NCBI GenBank assembly: GCA_951406725.2
Contig: OX597815.1
Location: forward strand, 5,394,001 to 5,458,000
Reading direction: 5' to 3'
Length of the DNA: 64,000 bases
Source of the DNA: Octopus vulgaris
Lineage: Eukaryota
Part shown: positions 15,319-28,342 of the stretch, in pieces
Position numbering within the stretch: position 1 is the first letter of the stretch
Layout of the letters: each line of letters begins with the position of its first letter
The notes under the pieces: model-generated
What the model saw: only the letters and a program-made list of their open reading frames with translations
The model's database searches: none
What the model was told of the DNA's origin: nothing
Program-made: the position numbers and the translations under genes

Positions 15319-15358
15319 GTTATTATTATTATTGAAGTCATTGCCAGGTATCGGACTC
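13797..15358 (-). mobile_element. tRNA-head/(TAA)n/hammerhead-tail short element (family E), minus copy interrupted by a Dong insertion
   Basis: Tail 13797-13975 is the reverse complement of 15510-15688; B-box-like GAGTCCGATACC on the minus strand at 15347-15358. Confidence 0.65.
14067..15272 (-). mobile_element. R4/Dong-clade non-LTR retrotransposon, 5' truncated (RT thumb, CCHC region, restriction-like endonuclease)
   Basis: NKIEAINTWAVS..YGAGVIAW..IDRKTRKLL..LHPKSD..LYV; MHGQF; AAQEQAL; KRRHD; ILWDF..RKPDIVLIEK; LQKTALLGTARILRKVL; flanked on both sides by TAA-type repeats. Confidence 0.92.
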
Positions 15359-15407
15359 GTTTATGGCGTAGTCGTTAAGAGCGCAGGCTACTAACCCCAA
15401 GATTCCA

Positions 15408-15503
<96 letters not shown>

Positions 15504-15686
15504 TAATAATAACATCGAAAAATATCTTAGGAATGAGAACTCAGGTTCGATATTTTCCCAAGACACCTGATGAACGTTGGAGCGTATATCACTCGAAATG
15601 TTGTGTTAACAACAAACAAGATGAGGACAAATATCCGTCAAATGTAAATAATGTAAATAATTCCTCATCTCTTAAATATAGAACTG

Positions 15687-15688
<2 letters not shown>
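15359..15688 (+). mobile_element. Family E plus copy: tRNA-like head, (TAA)n, hammerhead-bearing tail
   Basis: A-box-like TGGCGTAGTCG at 15364-15374; (TAA)n at 15411-15510; GACAC-CTGATGA(15567-15573)...GAAA(15595-15598)-TGTT-GTGTT. Confidence 0.7.
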
Positions 15689-15733
<45 letters not shown>

Positions 15734-15856
15734 CATACATACATACATACATACATACACATACATACATACATACATACATACATACATACATACATAC
15801 ATACATACATACATACATACATACATACATACATACATACGTACATACATACCACA

Positions 15857-16216
15857 GTGGAGGGGCAATGGTTAGTGGTTAGGGCAGTGGACTCGCGGTT
15901 TCGATCTGTAGACCGGGCGTTGTGAGTATTTATTCAGTGAAAACACCTAAAGCTCCACGAGACTCCGGCAGGGCGAACCCTTCTGTATTCTTTCACCACA
16001 ACTTTCTCTCACTCTTTCTTCCTGTTTCTGCTGTACCTGTATTCCAGAGGCACCAGCCCTGTCACACATTGTGTCACGCTGAATCCCCCTTGAGAACTAC
16101 GTTAAGGGTACACGTGTTTCTGGAGTGCTCAGCTACTTGCACGTTAATTTCACCAGCAGGCTGTTCCGTTGATCGGATCAACTGGAACCCTCGTCGTCGT
16201 AACCGACGGAATGCCA
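15857..16216 (+). mobile_element. SINE family C, diverged copy
   Basis: Colinear with 5726-6113, with small deletions. Confidence 0.85.
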
Positions 16217-16434
16217 CAAGAGTAAACAAGAGAGACAGAGACAGGCAAAAACAAGGAAAATAACCCTTGTATTTGAACACTATTCAAATATTCTTTTAAA
16301 ATGCTTTTTATTTAATTTTTCCAAAATTCAATTGTTTTCCATACTTACAGACGAAAAAATCTCAATGACCGAAGCCGGTACTGAAATGTTGTTTATAAAA
16401 TTATTTTAGCATTTCCTATCTTGACTTTTTTTCC

Positions 16435-16501
<67 letters not shown>

Positions 16502-16533
16502 TGGGTACCTTTTCAACCTTCTACACACACACA

Positions 16534-16618
<85 letters not shown>

Positions 16619-16650
16619 TTTATTTTAAGCAGCAGAAAATTCAACAAAAT

Positions 16651-16685
16651 CTGTTACTCTGAGTTTCTCGTTGCCGTTCATCAGA

Positions 16686-16688
<3 letters not shown>
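16651..16688 (-). ncRNA. Minimal type I hammerhead ribozyme-like motif
   Basis: Minus strand CTGT-CTGATGA-a-CG-gcaa-CG-a-GAAA-CT-cag-AG-TA-ACAG: all core nucleotides and stems I-III present, but the stem II closing pair is A-A. Confidence 0.55.
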
Positions 16689-16731
<43 letters not shown>

Positions 16732-16754
16732 ACCCGTGTGTTCCTTTTCAACCT

Positions 16755-16818
<64 letters not shown>

Positions 16819-17509
16819 ATGCATTTAACTATAGAGAACGAATATACTTTAAGCATATATCATATAACATGTTCCAAAAATTTCATATATTAAAAAGTCA
16901 TGTCAGTTACAACTGTTTATTGATTTTTTTTTGTTAGAAGACGCAACGAAACGAAATAGTTCCGTGATAATTTTTTGCATATTTTCTATATTTCATATAT
17001 TATTATCATAACATAAAATATTTAGTCTGTTCTGAACTGTTTTAATATTTTAAACTTTTTTAGCATTATACATGTTATAAACTTAAAATATATTCGTCGT
17101 TGTCTGTATTTTGATGTTTATATAAGTCTATATATTTACACTCTCTCAATTAGATAGAATTTTCCTTCATGTATGCAATCTTGAAAAGGCATACATATGC
17201 AATGAGCATGTTTTAATATAACTCTGTATATTTATAACGCCATTACACGACCAACGAAATATGCTTTTCTCTGTAAACATTTACTGCCAATTGAACTGAA
17301 TATATACTCACTGCGTCTACTTATATTCTAATGAAAGTGAATTCCGTTTGTGTCTGAAAAATTTGTTATTTATGAATGAAAATTATATATCTTTTACCGT
17401 TATCTTTTATATTTTAATTGCTTCAGTCGTTCGCCCGCGGCCATACTGGGGCACCAGCTTGAAGAATTTTTAGCCGAACGAATCGACCACAATACTTGTT
17501 TTTTTTTTC

Positions 17510-17788
17510 GGCCCAGTGAGAGTGACCACCCTGCTCGTTATCGCATCCCAGTTCTTCTCCACTTGGAGGTATGGATAGAACCCAGCTCCGAGCAGTTTAA
17601 CCGGTCTACCAGTCCTGTGTCCCACGACGGAGACGCTGTTGGACGGCATGGGCTTACTTCTCCAGGTGCCGAGCCGCAAGCCCACTGACTTTCCTGGGTT
17701 GATTTTTGCCCCCGTTACCGATTCGTATTCTTTTAGTGTCTCGCCGACCAGGTCAATATGCCTGTGGCTTGACACTATGACGGTAACG
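17510..17788 (-). mobile_element. L1/Tx1-clade RT fragment abutting (GATA)n
   Basis: VTVIVSS..LVGETLKEYESVTGAKINPGKSVGLRLGTW..VKLLG..EKNW. Confidence 0.8.
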
Positions 17789-18130
<342 letters not shown>

Positions 18131-19169
18131 ACAGTTATATATGCACTAAATAATTGAGTATTTCGTATCATCACATCTGTTTCATGAAAGGTCACGTGAA
18201 ACTGTGTAACAGTTTGTGAAGATTGCTTTCATTAATTACAGCATTTGTTGTAATAGTAATAATAGTAATTGCTGTTGTTCTTCTTCTTTCGGTTGTTGTT
18301 GTTGTTGATTTGCAAATCAAGGAAACCGGCCAACAAATCTTCCATTATTTTCCGATTTTCTATACCGTAAAATTCGCACAAAAAACCCCTTGTGAGTTTG
18401 TTTAATCCTCGTGCGTTTGTTAATTCATCGTGATTTTTAAAAATTCTTAGTGACTTTGTTAATTCCTCGTCGGACTGTTTTAAAATCCATTCCGGTATAG
18501 CAGCATAGTTAGACAAGTAAGACAAGACTCTCTATGATCGGCTACCCCAACTTCTCGACGTCAAAGTATTTGTAACGACTGCGATATACCACTCGTCATG
18601 TGAGAAGGAGGGTATTCCATAATTATACCCATAACATTACCTCAGTATTGGCCGCAGTCTAATGACTAAAATCAAGTAAAAGATATAAAAGATAAGTTTA
18701 GTGTTTTCCAGCTTTTGGACGTACACTGTACTGTAAATAAATCAAATATTGCATCACCATAGAGCATAGCACGAATTGCCTTGGCGTTAAACCAACTGAC
18801 CCCGTAGAGAGCAATCCGACGATCAACTTTACGTCAAACAAAATCAATCAACATGAAGACAAATTCATTTTAACCGGTGCTAAAGTTCCCGCGTTAAATG
18901 TAAGAACCTCTTAATGTCTGCGCTAATTACATGATTTATGGAGTTAAATCAATGCGCAACATATGGCTATAGAATTTATTAAAATGCCTTGGCTTTTGTC
19001 TTTCACGTCTTGAAACCGTCCACAAACATGACTTCCCATTCTACGACAAGCTTCACGAGCTTAAAGAAAATTTCGAGAATTTACTAAAAAAAAAAATGTA
19101 ATAAATGGCTTCTTAAAAGAAGTGTAATCAGGTGTGACCAGGTGTAATCAGGTGTTGATGATCCTTTTG

Positions 19170-19591
19170 TCTTTTATCTGTTACTTGTTCTAGTCATTTG
19201 ACTGCGGCCATGCTGGGGCACCGCCTTGAAGGGGTTTTCTCTTAATTGAACAAATCGGCCCCAGCACTTATTGATTGTTTTAACCCTGGTACATATTGTA
19301 TCGGTGATTTGGCCAAACCGCTAAGTTACAGGGACGTAAACAAACCAATACTCTCGTCAAGCGGTGGTGGGGACAAACATATATATATATAAAGACATAC
19401 ACATGTAGACATGTGCCAATGGAGATATGCGACCGGCTTCCTCCAGTTTTCGTATACCAAATCCAGTCACAAGGTTTTGGTTGGCTCAAAGCTACGGTAG
19501 AAGGCACTTGCCTAAGGTGCCAGGCATTGGGACTGAACCCAGAACCATGTGTTTGGGAAGCAAACTTCTTACCACACAGCCACACCTGCAC
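19170..19591 (-). mobile_element. SINE family A, diverged full-length copy
   Basis: Head, CORE-like segment, internal microsatellite and 3' stem-loop tail on the minus strand. Confidence 0.85.
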
Positions 19592-19792
19592 TTCTATAAC
19601 TTTTCCTTTGCTAAGTGTTGAAAATCTGGGGTCAGCTGTAAGTTGTAGTTGAGGTAAATCTAAAGCGTTGATAGCAAGATTGTGCACGGTTCACAGGTTT
19701 ATACAATTTTTTGAAAATCACTTGAGGGAGACAGAAGTAAATGCGAACTTAAAGAATGAGGATAAAGGGATTTAAAGATTGTAAAGTATATA

Positions 19793-20390
19793 GACGCAGG
19801 TGTAGCTGTGTGGTAAGAAGCTTGCTTCTCGGCCACATGGTTCCGGGTTCAGTCCCACTACGTGGTACCTTTGGCAAGTGTCTTCTACTATAGCCTCGGG
19901 CCGACCAAAGCCTTGTGAATGGATTTGGTAGACGGAAACTGAAAGAAGCCCGTCGTATATATACAGGCGCAGGAGTGGCTGTGTGGTAAGTAGATTGCTT
20001 CGCAACCACATGGTTCCGGGTTCAGCCCCACTGCGTGGCACCTTGGGCAAGTGTCTTCTACCATAGCCTCGAGCTGACCAAAGCCTTGTAAGTGGATTTG
20101 GTAGATGGAAACTGAAAGATGCCCGTCGTATATATGTATATATATATATGTGTGTGTGTGTGTGTATGTTTTTGTGTGTGTTTGTTCACACCACCACCAC
20201 CACGACCACCACCACTGTTTGACAACTGATGTTTGTATATTTACGTCCCCGCAGCCTAGCGGTTCGGTAGAAGAGACCGATAGAATAAGTACCAGGTTTA
20301 CAAACAATAAGTCGAGGGGGCGATTTCTTCGATTAAAAGGTGGTGCTCCAGCATGGCCACAGTCAACTGACTGAAACAAGAAAAAGAGTT
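19793..20390 (+). mobile_element. SINE family A, with two tandem 5' halves (19793, 19966) and one 3' half
   Basis: Direct repeat of about 170 bp of head, then the GGTGCTCCAGCATGGCC tail. Confidence 0.85.
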
Positions 20391-20562
20391 TAAGATCGGA
20401 ATGATGATGATGCTTCACTCCTTTTTTAAATTTGTTATTTCTTTTTTACCGTGACTTCCGGGTGTGGTTCGATTGTTTAGGGTGGCCTGTTATGGGCGCA
20501 ACAGAAAACAGAGTCCAGAATCGAGGTAGAATATCTGCGTTTTGATTAATTATTTCTCATGC

Positions 20563-20965
20563 TCTTTTACCCTTTTACTTGTTTCAGTCATTTGACTGTG
20601 GCCATGCTGGAGCACAGCCTTTAGTCGAGCAAATCGACCCCTGGACTTATTCTTCGTAAGTCTAGTACTTGTTCTATCAGTCTCTTTTGCCGAACCGCTA
20701 AGTTACGGGGACGTAAACACACCAGCATCGGTTGTCAAACGATGTTGGGGGGACAAACACAGACACACAAACATATACACACACATATATATATACATAT
20801 ATACGGCGGGCTTCTTTCAGTTTCCGTCTACCAAATCCACTCACAAGGTTTTGGTCGGCCCGAGGCTATAGTAGAAGACACTTGCCCAAGGTGCCATGCA
20901 GTGGGACTGAACCCGGAACAATGTGGTTCGTAAGCAAGCTACTTACCACACAGCCACTCCTGCAC
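20563..20965 (-). mobile_element. SINE family A, full length
   Basis: Reverse-complement match to 26018-26423. Confidence 0.9.
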
Positions 20966-21034
20966 CATGTTTAGTATTTTTTTTATATATACTCTGCGAA
21001 ATACCGATAACAAAGCATAGAATTACAATAAGAC

Positions 21035-21228
21035 AAACAGAAATACTAAGGTACTTCAGGACAAGAGAGCAAGCAGTCATGTTGACTCTGCAGAAAATTC
21101 TTGTTCTCAGCCGCCCGGATTATGGTTCTCGGCTGTGGTAACTGAATAGAGACAAATTAACAGAGGAGCTGGAAGTGATTCAACGCTACTACACTAAAAT
21201 GATTGCCCCAGTGCAGCAGATGAATTAC
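21035..21228 (+). mobile_element. CR1-group LINE RT fragment
   Basis: EILRYFRTREQAVMLTL..LVLSRPDYGSRLW*..EELEVIQRYYTKMI. Confidence 0.7.
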
Positions 21229-21269
21229 ATATATATATATGTGTGTGTCTGTGTGTGTGTGTGTGTGAA

Positions 21270-21525
21270 GGCACATGGCTCAGTGGTTAAAGCGTCGAGC
21301 TTACGATCGTGAGGTTGTGAGTTCGATTACCGGTCCAGGCTCTGTGTTGTGTTCTTGAGCAAAACACTTTATTTCACGTTACTCCAGTTCACTCAGCTCT
21401 AGAAAGGAGTTGCGGCATCAGTGGTGCCAAGCTTAATCGGCCCCTTTGCCTTTCCCTTGGATAAAACTGGTGGTGTGGAGAGGGGGGCTGGTATGCATGG
21501 GCGACTGCTGGCTTTCCACAAACAA
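21270..21525 (+). mobile_element. tRNA-derived CORE-type SINE (family D)
   Basis: A box TGGCTCAGTGG, B box GTTCGATTAC, CORE-like GTGTTCTTGAGCAAAACACTT; second copy at 27819. Confidence 0.85.
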
Positions 21526-22300
21526 TACTCACACACATACAGAGTAGTAGTAGTAGTAGTAATAGAAGTGGTGGTGGTGGTGGTGGTGGTGGTGGTTGTA
21601 GTAGTAGTAGTAGAGGTGGTGGTGGTGATGGTAGTAGTAGTAGTAGTAGTAGTTGTAGTAGTAGTAGTAGTAGTAGTGATAATCCACGGATGGAATTTAT
21701 GAATATTTTAATGCATCGCTACGCACGTTTCCACGAATCAAATGAATTACTGAGAGAGATCGAAGAAACCGCGACTTTACTCCTTGGAGCGATGACGCGA
21801 GAGAGATATAATTTGCATGTAGAAAATCTTGGAAGAACTGATTCCTAATTTGTCATAATGGAGCCAAAGGCACTGTCCACTCCGTCTAAGAAGGAGCGAG
21901 GTGTTGCGATAGTTTAGGGTTCAAAGGCTCACAGTTCTTCGATGCTCTGCAAAACGAATTTTAAAAAACTTACATGGTTTGGATGTGGATGGCTTCAAAA
22001 TAAATTAACAATTTTCTATCCACGATAGCAACGGACCAAAGTTCTGGTATGACGTACAGACAAGGACAGCAGTGTCAATCTACCACATACACCAAAACGA
22101 GCCAACAACTATGACGAAAGCACATGCAAAGGGTGGTGATATCAAACCGTACTACGCCGAAGATACCAATCATAGAAGAGGGCTGTGGAAAGGCTGAAAC
22201 ACAAAACTGTGAAAGAATACAACAATACACACATACATGTGTGTGGTTTACTTTCTCATTAAGTACTCCGACCGGTGAGAAATAAATATTGTTTAATGTA

Positions 22301-23002
22301 CACAGTATATAGTTATGAGCCACTAATAGTTTCATACATTGGTGGTGTTAACTAGGCAGGTTTTAATAACACGCCTAATGTCTCCCAGCAATCAGTGGAC
22401 TCTGAGTACATGACCTGTACAAGTTACAAGTCAGCACAGTAGAACAAGAGAAATTACGAGAAAAAACAAGAGAAAGGTGGATGCAAAATATGGAAAAAGG
22501 AAAGAAAAAGGTAGAGAATTACGAGGATTAGAGTTATGTCGCCTTTGAACGTAAAGCCATAAAGCTAGTTGACATAGAATCAACGGAAGGGGTCTATAGT
22601 GTGCGTTGCAGTTGCTCAGCCGAGATAGGGTGGAGTTCTCCAATTCACCGATAGAAATTCGTCAGCATGTTTACATTTGCTGGATATTTCTAATCGGGAA
22701 TTCAGCAGCGCCGTTGGCTATCGTAGAAAATTCCCTGTTATAAGTTAATGTATCTAAAAAAGGCAAGTTATGTATTCTCTCTTTTCTTTTTCTCTTGTTT
22801 ATTTTTTCCTATCCTTTTTTTTTTTTTTTTGTATTTTCATCTTTCCACTTCTTGCTTCTCCCTTTGCCTTACTCTTTTCTATTTTTGTATACGGCACGTG
22901 CTGACAATCTGATATTACTTGGAGAGACAAAGTGTGTTATGAAAACCTACCTAGTCATCTCCAATGTATGAAATTATTTCTAGCTCATAACTATATACAA
23001 TG
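22301..23002. mobile_element. Tc1/mariner-type MITE with long TIRs and TA target duplication
   Basis: TA|CACAGTATATAGTTATGAGC ... GCTCATAACTATATACAATG|TA; inverted homology extends more than 120 bp. Confidence 0.8.
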
Positions 23003-23012
23003 TATATATATG

Positions 23013-23109
<97 letters not shown>

Positions 23110-23481
23110 GTGTATGTGTATGTGTGTGTACAATTAGAAGTTAAAGTAGCATCATTAATGGATGGTATCATCCAATGAATTAATGGCTCAATACCTAATA
23201 TTTGTTGTGAATAATAATATTCATAAAACAATTAATTTATATATAAATCATGGTTTATAATCATTCAAAAGATTGATATACGATAATGGCCGAAATTGCG
23301 TTTGACCCTCTGGCCGATAACCGATGAGGGGTTGGTGAATTTCTGTGTTTTCTGTTTGCCTGTGTATTTAGTATACGTTCGTTTGTTTATTTACTACACA
23401 TGATTTTAATTATATATATATATATATACAAAGGTATGTCACATTTTCCGTTTGCTGTCTTCTTTGTATTTAATCCTGAAC

Positions 23482-23546
<65 letters not shown>

Positions 23547-23758
23547 GAGACAGAAGAACGGAGATAAATGGTTTAAAAGAAAAAAAAACTCTTCGTTAGG
23601 AATACAGGAATTAAAACGACAATAAGAAATGAAATTGGTTCTTTATACCTGATAACTGATCGTACACAAATCTTTCCTGAAAAATAGCAAATACAACTAC
23701 TACTACTGCTACTACTACTACTACTGCTACTACTACTAGTACTACTACTTATAATTAC

Positions 23759-23815
<57 letters not shown>

Positions 23816-24017
23816 GGTTACTTGTAGATTTTTTTCTTTGCGAACAGTCTACTCTGTTGTGTATAATGATAATAAGAACAACAACAACAACAATATATGA
23901 AATATGGTCTTGTGATTGTTAAGTTTCAGAATAAAACTTAGAAACTCAGATACATGCATACACTTACACCCAACACGGTTTTATATATATGTATGTATGT
24001 ATGTATGTGTATGTATG

Positions 24018-24073
<56 letters not shown>

Positions 24074-24639
24074 CATACATACACATACATACATATACAC
24101 ATAATATATAAGCGTGTGTATGTATGCATATATATATATACAGAGAGGGCGAGAGAGAAAGAGGGTACCTGTTAAATTATATAACATGAACTTTCGTGCC
24201 GCCAAAAGAAACAACTACGCCATCTTTCGTATTCTCAAATTATTTTGTTTTTTCCTCTTTTTCATAATAATGATTTGTTTCTTATTTTCGTGTTTGTGTC
24301 TTTCATTGTTTGAGTCACCTTCACATTAAAAACCTTACATCTCTAATAAAGCTAACATAATATGCAAATATTGTAATTAACAAAAAAAGAATATTAACGT
24401 TTTTTTTCTTCCCCTTTCAATTTGTATGTTCATTATACTTTTACACATTTCCATACAAAGATACCCATTGTTATGTAAAATAAAACAGAACCGTTGACGA
24501 TATGTTGTTTACAAATGTGAATTTTGACAGCAAACATTGGCAGAAGACCGTAAATATTTTTCATGTGGGGAGCGGGTAGAGGAAGGATTTTAGGGGCAAT
24601 TAAATCAACAACAGTGCATTACCGGTTCGTATACCAGTT

Positions 24640-25320
24640 CTTTGCGAGTCAGAAACTTGGAGGCTACCAAAACCATAAAAAGTAAGCTACAGACCTTCAT
24701 CAAAAAATGTCTGCGCTACATCTTTAAGGTTTGGTGGCCAGGCAAAATTTCAGACAGAAACCAGTGGGATAGAAGGAACCAAACTGCCATTAATGAAGAA
24801 ATTCTTTTCTGCGCTAGGCACAAAGTCAGAAATTTTGGAGGAGGGAACCAGTCGACTAGATCGGCCCCAGTACGTAGCTGGTACTTAATTTATCGACCCC
24901 AAAAGGATGAAAGGCAAAGTTGGCCTCGGCGAAATTTTAATTGAGAACGTAAAGACACACGAAATACCTATTTCTTTACTACCCACAAGGGGCTAAACAC
25001 AGAGGGGACAAACAAGGACAGACATAGGTATTAAGTCGATTACATCGACCCCAGTGCGTAACTGGTACTTAATTTATCGACCCTCGAAAAGATGAAAGGT
25101 AAAGTCAACCTCAGAACGTAACGGCAGACGAAATACAGCTACGCATTTCGTCCGGCGTACTACCGTTTCTGCCAGCTCACCGCCTTATTAATGAAGAAAT
25201 TCTGAAAAGAAAATGGGGTTGGATAGGTCACACTCTAAGGAAACCTTCAAACAGCATTGCAAGGCAAGTTTTTAAACTGGCAACCTGACGGAAAGTAGAA
25301 AGTTGGGCGACTTACGAAGA
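24640..25320 (+). mobile_element. RTE-clade LINE RT C-terminal fragment, split by a SINE B dimer
   Basis: SETW..KSKLQTFIKKCLRYIFKVWWPGKIS..INEEIL|[22 protein letters not shown]. Confidence 0.85.
24806..25186 (-). mobile_element. SINE family B dimer (head-core-tailX-core-tailY) with 17-bp TSD
   Basis: TSD ATTAATGAAGAAATTCT at 24789-24805 and 25187-25203. Confidence 0.9.
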
Positions 25321-25713
25321 CAAAGAATGGATGAACGAAAGATGAAGCGAAAGCAATTGGTCTCTTATGTTCTGAAATCTAGGAGAAATCTTCAGATTGC
25401 GTCCACTGGCATAAAAAATGGTCGCCAGTCTTTGCCTCTTACGGACACAAAAAAAAAACCATTTGTCAATTAGGTGTCCCCAAGTGTTTCCGTTTTCGAC
25501 CTGTAAGAGATGGTTATCGAATCTCCCTTGAATCCTCGTCCACCTTCTTAAAAGAAAAGGCCATAACGTTACATAAGGTGATCCTGGATTCCTTGCTCGT
25601 AGGGAAGAAACGGGGTGGTCACGGCTGGAATGTCTTCGACTAGAAATTTGTTTGATCAGCATCAGTCTGAGATAAAACAACAATGACAACAACAACAACA
25701 ACAACTACTACTA

Positions 25714-25746
<33 letters not shown>

Positions 25747-26017
25747 TAACTATTGCTCTCTACGATCGTTTTACTTTCTTTTGGTCTTTGACATTCAATC
25801 CTTTAAGCTTCCTGTCAGTCGACATCTTTTGAATTTTTAGGCCCCTTCATTTCCTTCTTTCTACTCCCTTGTGCTACAGGGACCCCAACGACTTTGAATC
25901 ACCTAATCAAATACATAATTAATATTATTATTTTCCCCATCATCTATGCGGAGGTGTTACAATTTCTTGTTGGTGGTAATCATATATAAGTCTATTTCAT
26001 TCTTTTTAAGAATCTTC

Positions 26018-26423
26018 AGCAGGAGTGGCTGTGTGGTAAGTAGCTTGCTAACCAACCACATGGTTCCGGGTTCAGTCCCACTGCGTGGCATCTTGGGCAA
26101 GTGTCTTCTGCTATAGCCCCGGGCCGACCAATACCTTGTGAGTGGATTTGGTAGACGGAAACTGAATGAAGCCTGTCGTATATATGTATATATATGTGTG
26201 TGTGTGTGTGTGTTTGTATGTCTGTGTTTGTCCCCCTAGCATTGCTTGACAACCGATGTTGGTGTGTTTGCGTCCCCGTCACTTAGCGGTTCGGCAAAAG
26301 AGACCGATAGAATAAGTACTGGGCTTACAAAGAATAAGTCTCGGGGTCGATTTGCTCGACTAAAGGCGGTGCTCCAGCATGGCCGCAGTCAAATGACTGA
26401 AACAAGTAAAAGAGTAAAAGAGT
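26018..26423 (+). mobile_element. SINE family A, full length, near consensus
   Basis: Head, CORE-like segment, (TA)n(TG)n, tail ending (GTAAAAGA)2. Confidence 0.92.
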
Positions 26424-27403
26424 ATGGCTCGATCTTTAAAGTTGTTAAATGTATTACGGAGAGAGAGAGAGGCATTACAGTGTGAATACTCCTGGGATTA
26501 ATGGCATACTGAGAGACGTTCCTAGGATATTTCTTTTGTTTCTCTTCCTAGAACGTTGTGGGGATAGGAATTAAGAGGAAACTTTGAAAAAATAGCAACC
26601 AAATCTCAAAAAATCAGACCTTACGCCTAAAATAAAGAAGGATTTTTTTGGATATCGTAGTTCTAGATATATAATGACTGAAAAGAAGATGACGTGGTCA
26701 CGACTGGATCGGCTTTGACCACACGTTTGCTCAATCGGAACGGATGTAGAGCAAGAGAACACAACTGCTGATATGGGAAGAATGAAAAAGCAAAACCGAC
26801 GCTGGCGAGATTTGAACTCAGTGTGCTATGGTATGTAACCGGATGTCGCAACAGATTTTGCTATCCCACCGCTCTATTTTCTTTCTCGATCCCAAAGACC
26901 GGTTCCCATGGTCTATAAGTGACAGAGGTTACAAAATTCTTCGTGGACAGGATTCCGGCTGGTTGTCAACGGTAACAATTTGAGGCGAGGGGACAAAATG
27001 ATTACATGAATCCACACACCCCACCACCACCACTAGTACTTAACTGGTATATCGTGCTATCGACCCCGAAGGGAGGCAAGACATGGCTGACTTCAGCAGG
27101 ATTTGAATTCAGAACGTAAAAGAGCTGGACGAAATGCCGCAATGCATTTTGTTCGACGCACTGAGCCTTCTGCTCGCTCGATCGCTGGTCGCCATAGCAT
27201 CTTAATTGACTAAATAATAATGGTTCCATCTTGAAGCTGCTATTGTCAATGGCTATTGTTAGCTCTTGGGGAAATTTCCTGTACAAACTATGTAACAGAA
27301 ACGAGGAGGACGAATGGACAAATATGATCATGATAATAGAAAGAGAAAAGAGAGGGAATATTAACATTTTCTATTCTGTATGGCTAATATATATGTATAT
27401 ATA

Positions 27404-27802
27404 CTAGCAGTATCGCCCGGCGTTGCTCGGGTTTGTAAGGGAAATAACTATATAAGCATTTTTAGAGATATATAGCCAAAAAATAGCAAAAAAATGCATT
27501 AAAAATGGGAAAAAAATTATGGTAAATTTTTTTTTTAAATCGTTGACTCATCGTAGACATTTTTAGAGAGTTACTTCCCTTATATAATAGCGAAAAAATG
27601 CTTTAAAATGGAAAAAAATGATGGTAAATTATTTTTAAAATCGTAGACTCATCGTAGACGCGCGCTAATACCCAGAAGGGCTCGATATGAATCACGACTA
27701 TAAGATACCCGGTTTTGATTAAACTGCACCGCAAAATGTGGGAGTAGTTAGGAATCTAAATCGTAGGAGACAGACACACAACTTCACTTTTACATATAAA
27801 GA
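27404..27802 (-). mobile_element. Non-autonomous Helitron (about 400 bp)
   Basis: Minus strand A|TCTTTATATG...CCCGAGCAACGCCGGG-CGATACTG-CTAG|T; close second copy at 32487-32884. Confidence 0.9.
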
Positions 27803-27818
27803 TGTGTGTGTGTGAGTA

Positions 27819-28075
27819 GGCGCATGGCTCAGTGGTTAGAGCGTCGAGCTTTCGATCGTTAGGTTGTGAGTTCGATTCCCGGACCGGCCTGCGTGTGGTG
27901 TTCTTGAGCAAGACACTTTATTTCACGTTTCTCCAGTTCACTCAGCTCTAGAAAGGAGTTGCGACGTCACAGGTGCCAAGCTGTATCGGTCCCTTTGCCT
28001 TTCCCTTGGATAACATCGGTGGTGTGGAGAGGCGAAGCTGGTATGCATGGGCGACTATTGACCTTCCACAAACAA
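27819..28075 (+). mobile_element. SINE family D
   Basis: Colinear with 21270-21525. Confidence 0.85.
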
Positions 28076-28134
28076 TACACACACACACGTACTACTACTA
28101 CTACTACTACTAATAATAATAATAATAATAATAA

Positions 28135-28342
28135 GGATCTTTTCACTTTGACCGGCAGATTTAAAAAATAATTTCTTTGTAACTAAACACTTAAACTTCG
28201 TATACTGGTAGAATGTCTTTATAAAACATCTTTTTCTCTTGGCGTTCTTGAGAAAATTCTGTAGTTTGTAAGCTATTTGTTGTTAAATTTCTTATATTTC
28301 GGCAATTTCAACCAACCAATGACGTCTATTGAGGTGAATACA
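28135..28342 (-). mobile_element. Partial relative of the GGATC-ended MITE at 44956
   Basis: Reverse-complement match to about 45165-45352. Confidence 0.75.

Noticed and set aside
19280-20974. Recurring ORFs such as [42 protein letters not shown]
   Set aside because: Antisense translation of SINE family A; the recurrence reflects copy number, not a gene family
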